Part shown: positions 58,776 to 64,000 of the stretch, piece by piece
Layout of the letters: each line of letters begins with the position of its first letter
How positions within the stretch are numbered: the first letter of the stretch is position 1
Assembly (NCBI GenBank): GCA_002245135.1
Contig: NGBS01001205.1
Coordinates: forward strand, 1 to 64,000
DNA: 64,000 bases
Direction of reading: 5' to 3'
Source: Proteromonas lacertae
Lineage: Eukaryota
Translations under genes and position numbers: made by a program
Notes under the pieces: model-generated
The model's database searches: none
What the model saw: the letters and a program-made list of their open reading frames with translations, nothing else
Told to the model about the DNA's origin: nothing

Positions 58776-59681
58776 TTACAAAATACTATCACCATCATTG
58801 TTCTTTCCTCTAAGAATGTATAGAAATGATATTATATTATATATATACCTCATTTCTTCATATTTATTCTTCATCTCAATCAGATTATTCTTCTTTTCCA
58901 TCAACTTAAAATGAAGATCAGCTAATTCTTGACCATTAGTCTCACTGGATTGAGCTATGGATGCTTCCAATGCCCTTATAGTCTCTAAATGACGTGTAAC
59001 AATATCATCTCTCTTATTCAACTCTTCTTCTTCCTTTGAAATATCATTTTCTAATACTTTCTGTAATCTATTGATAATTTCTTCTTGATTTGTTATTGTT
59101 TCTTGATACTTAGGTATATTTTTAACTTGTTCCTGTTTCTTTAGTATTTTTGGCTTTTGTTCTTTTATAATTCTCATTAAATCTTCCTCATTTCTCATTC
59201 CACTGTCATTCTTTTTTATTAATTCCTCTAATTCATGTATTTTCTCTTCTAAAGCTTTATTTCTTTCACATTCAGAAATATATTTTTGTGTTATAATTAG
59301 GCTTCTTCTTATTAAATCTTCTTTTCCTATATCTTTATAAGGTTCGTAATTAAAATTATCAAAAATGTAACTATATTTCTTTATCTCCATATTATAATCC
59401 TATTTATATATTACCATCATGTTAATATATTTTATATACATCGATTTGCTGTTTCAACTTTTGAATTGTTCTTTGCAGATCTAAAAGGTCATTTTTTAAT
59501 TTTTCTGATCCTATAGGTGTTGATTTAATAGGTGTCACTGTGTGTGTAGTAGCAGCTGTTGTTTGAGTAGTTGCTGTTGATGGAGGTGAATAAATGGCTT
59601 CAATTTCTTCTCTTGTGACTGCTATAGTCTAACTTTATATAAATATATTCACAATACTATCTCTTCTCTATTATTACTCAT
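58776..59681 (-). CDS. Coiled-coil protein of unknown function, multi-exon
   Basis: E/K/Q-rich heptads; ATG at 59681; GT-AG introns near 59655 and 59440. Confidence 0.6.
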
Positions 59682-59739
59682 TTTAGAAAGGTTTTTATTA
59701 CCAAGCTTGGGCTTGAATTTGAATATTTTTAAAAACGGA

Positions 59740-59998
59740 ATGAAAGTATATATAGTATTTATATTACTTTTAAAATTTATATTGTGTATAAACTCACTAA
59801 CATAATATTGTAGGTGATGATGTAACTATATGTGGTGAAGGATATGAGTGTTCTGGATGGAGTGCTTCTTCAGTACTTGCTGTATTAAAAATATATGATT
59901 TATAATAATAGTTTCAGGTGATTTTGAGTATTATACTAGTAATTCTCATAATTTCTTCTTGTGGTATTTATGTGAAATATAAAAATGATCAAAAGTAA
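59740..59998 (+). CDS. Small spliced membrane protein (~63 aa)
   Basis: Removing two GT-AG introns gives in-frame MKVYIVFILLLKFILCDDVTICGEGYECSGWSASSFQVILSIILVILIISSCGIYVKYKNDQK*. Confidence 0.6.
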
Positions 59999-60223
59999 TG
60001 AAATAATTGTTTATTTACTAATAATATTATTTAAATTAATATGAATTGGATTTTTTATTAAACAACTCTTTTAGTGTATTGTTTTATGCTTTTTGTATTG
60101 GTTGAATTATGTATTAGTGAAATCAAAATATAACATTGAGTATAATTTTATATATCTATATATAAATGCAAAAGATTAAAAATTTCAAAAATATAACCGT
60201 TTCATAATTATAAAATTTAAAAA

Positions 60224-61553
60224 ATGTCACTAAGTGAACAGAAGATTCAAGAATTGTATAATTTATCAATTTATTAGCATAATAGGAATAAAGCTATATT
60301 AGTGTATCTATCAGAGAATACAAATTTCGCTAAAAGTGCAGAGATGTTTCAAATAGAAGCAGGATTAACTTCAGTTAATGCTCATGAGGTATTTTGAAGG
60401 ATGGTAATACATTAATGAAGAAGTGGAATGCAATAGTAAGATTACAAGGACAAATACAATCTTTGAATAATCAAATAAAGCAACTGAAAGAGGAAGGTGC
60501 TACAAATGTGTCTATTGGAGAAAATAAATCATCTTTAATTAATCAAGGATTAATTCCACAAAATCCAAAAACAACATTGGTTGGACATGTTGGATCAGTA
60601 AACTGTCTATCAATGCATCCTACTTATAATCATTTATGTTCAGGAGGGTGAGGATGGTGTAATTAGAATATGGGATTATACTTTATATGAATTAATAAAG
60701 ACATTAAAAGGACATACGGATGTAATTAATGATGTATGTTATAATACAGATGGAACAAATCTAGCAAGCTGTTCAAACGACACAAACAATTAAGATATGG
60801 GATATAAGTAGTTATACATGCATAAAAACTCTAAAAAGTCATGATCATAGTGTAAGTGCAGTAATACTAAGAAATGATAGATTATATAGTTGTTCAAGAG
60901 ATAAAACAATAAGAGTATGGAAACAGTGTTGGTAAATGTATAAATTCAACAGAGTGTAAAGAATGGGTTAGAGATGTATATATTATATGATGTTATTATA
61001 TTGTATATAGATTGACGTTAATGTTGATGAGAGTATATTAGCTGGATGTTGTGATGATCATAATATATATATATATAATATAAAAGATGGACATGAACTG
61101 AATAAAACTATGACGTTATATGGTCATGAGCAAAATATAGAAAGTGTTTGTTTTTCTAACCAAAAGAGTGAGCAAATGTTATTAGTTGGAATAAATGAAA
61201 ATAGTGATAATAAGATGAAATATAGCCCAAGTAATATCCCAATGTTTTTATTTTCATGTAGTAGAGATAAAAGTATTCGAGTTTGGTGCTTAATAAATGG
61301 AGCTTGTATTTATAATTTAAGAGATCATGGAAGTTGGGTTAGAGAGGTGTCAATCCATCCAAATGGAAGATATTTGTATTCAATCAGTGAGGATAAATCA
61401 ATAAAAATCTGGGATTTAATGAATGGAAGTTTAAAACGAACAATTTCTAATGCTCATACTAATTTTGGGATTTGTATGGAATTTAATAAAAGTGGTCGAG
61501 TATTAGCGAGTGGAGGTGTTGATGAAAAGATCAATATATGGTTGTGTAGTTAG
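60224..61553 (+). CDS. LIS1: LIS1/Pac1 dynein regulator (LisH, coiled coil, WD40), with several 1-nt frameshifts
   Basis: [51 protein letters not shown]. Confidence 0.88.
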
Positions 61554-61915
61554 ATGAGTTATATTCATACATTTTTACTTCACTTGTTGATTTTATATAT
61601 ATGATAAAAATACTACTTTTGTATCTATATTTTAAAAAAGGTATAAGGGATGGTGTATAATGAAATATGATAAAATGTAATTATGAGAATAATTACATGT
61701 AAATTACCTTAATGAGGCTTAAATGAATCGACATACTTTCTTTATCAAAATATCGATACAAGAGAATAAAAAGGTTAATATAACAATAAAAACATTTTTT
61801 AAAAGAGAAGGAGAATAATTTTATAATATAAGTGTATAAAATGTATCTATCACCCAATTAGAAAGCCATGTTGAAATTGTTAAACTTGTATCATTTAATA
61901 ATCTCAAACAATATA

Positions 61916-64000
61916 TCAGTTATTGTTATTGATAGTAGTAGTATTTGTAGAAGTTACTAATTCGCGTTCTTTACTTACTAACAATATCCAAGCTGGAACA
62001 ACTGAACCGTCTATCATATATCTGTCAATTAAGAAATGAAATTTTGCATATGCCAATGAATGTATGTCATTTGGAATAATAAATAATTCATACTCATCAT
62101 CATAATCCAAATAACCAACCAGATGTGTAGTTATAAATATAGAAAGTATAACTTTTAATTTATTCTTATTATGATATTGTGGAATATATAGTTTAATCAA
62201 ATTAACTTTTGTCAACATCAAAGTATCTAATATTTGAATGAAATCAGAATCAGATAATGCTTTATCTATTGGTATTGTTATATCTGTACTGAAACGAAGA
62301 TAATCAATAAAATTAGGTCCAGAAACACTAATGAATAATGCATCTGTAAGAAATCTATTATTTCTTGTTATTTTAACTGGTAAAGTGTATTTTGAATTTA
62401 AATTCGTTATTAGAATTGATAATAGATATATCATTTTGGTGTGTAATATTAATAACTGTAGATGAATAATCATTGGATGAACTACATAAATGGTTCTGAG
62501 TTTGAATTTTATTATTGTTCATATTATCATCATCATTACAATTAATATTGTTAGTATTAATAATATTTTTGTATTTATTTAATAGATTTTTTAAAATAAG
62601 TTTGTTACTTTTGGTAATTGTATTTGTTGTATATGATGAGATGATGAAATAGTTTAAAACTATTAATATCTTTTAGGTTGTCATTTGTTGGTAATAATGA
62701 TCTGGTGATGATGATGAATGAGATGATGTTGTATTACTATTATCATTATTATCTACTAGATTCTCATTTTCACATTCTCTATCCATTTCTTTATTAGAAT
62801 TATTTTCAACAGATGATGTTCTTTCCTTGTCAATACTATCAGCAGAATTTGATAATTCATTATTTGTTTCAACTGTAGTATTGTTATTACCAATATTATT
62901 ATCATCATCTGGTATAGTTAATAATACATGCAATTGTGGTGATAAATGAGTTGATATTGTATTACTATTATTATCTACTGGATTCTCATTTTCATAATCT
63001 TCTTCAATGTCATTATCAGAGTTATCATCTGAAGAATTTGATAAGGATGATAATGCATCATCAAAATCACTTCCAGAAGATGACATGTTATTTGTAATAT
63101 ATGATGAAGATTTGTTTTTTGATTTAGATCTTAAATTATATTTATGAGAATTTGAATTGATATTTGAGTGTTTTCTAACTCTTTGGTTGATTATTTGGTT
63201 CATAATCATCATCACTATCAGAATCTATATATATTATATAATAACAATTAAGTATACATTTCTCTAATTTTCTTTGTAAGATTTAGAGTTTGTTGGTGAA
63301 TGTGTTATTGTTGATTTTGGATCCTTAGAAGCAGAAAGAGTATAATTAAGACAATCTATTTATACTATAATAATATCCAATTATACATCTACTTCTAGTT
63401 TTTTTTGATTTTGTTACAGATTTTATTAAAACTATTGACGATAATTGTGGGATCTCAGTATGTGAATTATCATTATTAATATTCTCATTTGATGGTGATG
63501 ATGAATGAGATGATGTTGTATTAATATCATCATTATTATCTAATAGATTCTCATTTTCACATTCTCTTTCCATTTCATTTTCAGAATTACATTCTACAGA
63601 AAATGGTACAGATGATGTTGTATCATTCATCATACTATTGACATTTACATAATTATTTGTTTCAACAGTGTTAGTATTGTTACTGATATTATTCTCCTCA
63701 TTTGTTTGTAATAATGAATGTGGTAATGATGAATGGAATTGATGAATGAGATGAAGTTGTATTGCTATAATTGTCTCTATAATCTAATAAATCTTCATTA
63801 TCACAACGTCTCTCATCTTCTGAAGAAGATAATATGGATGATAATGATTCATTGTCGCTACTATCAGCAAAAGATGATAATTCATCATCGAAATCTCTTC
63901 TGTTAATTGCAATTTCTGGATAAGATATATTTCTTCGCTTAGATTGTAAATTATTATTATGAGAATATGAATTGATATTTGACTGTGTTGTTAATCTTTC
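61916..64000 (-). CDS. Low-complexity N/S/D-rich protein with internal repeats and a globular C-terminal region, 5'-partial and fragmented
   Basis: Same-strand ORFs 63346-63633, 62673-63215 and 61916-62473; repeated EM(D/E)RECENENL(L/V)DNNDxxNTTSSHSSS unit. Confidence 0.5.

Overview
Very AT-rich eukaryotic (protist-like) DNA with short (~28-60 nt) spliceosomal introns. The style is compatible with an opalinatan stramenopile such as Blastocystis or Proteromonas, but this is inference only. Both ends hold intron-containing housekeeping genes. Left (1-8.4 kb): Cdc20, a receiver-like/Ser-Thr kinase fusion, a cytosolic carboxypeptidase with a probable minor-spliceosome intron, a Rab GTPase and Pescadillo. 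Right (55-64 kb): STT3, Trm8, LIS1 and unknown genes. Between them lies a ~46 kb accessory region with four components. (i) Two dense islands of about two dozen almost all intronless, mostly N-terminally anchored glycan-building enzymes (GT31, GT92, GT2, GT10, GT23-like, GT77, LicD, DUF1647, acyltransferase-3/SGNH, methyltransferases), often packed with 0-70 bp spacing like a bacterial capsule locus. (ii) Several related families of non-coding fold-back elements with TGTTG...CAACA ends and 5-6 bp target-site duplications, nested in each other. (iii) A 6.5 kb member of one family, with matching TIRs and an AGCTA TSD, carrying a rearranged and decayed Hydin gene as cargo. (iv) PIF/Harbinger and IS630/Tc1 transposase relics plus a small ORFan cassette. 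Single-base indels in essential genes suggest an imperfectly polished assembly, so frameshift calls need caution. All family calls come from motif recognition by eye; no database search was run.
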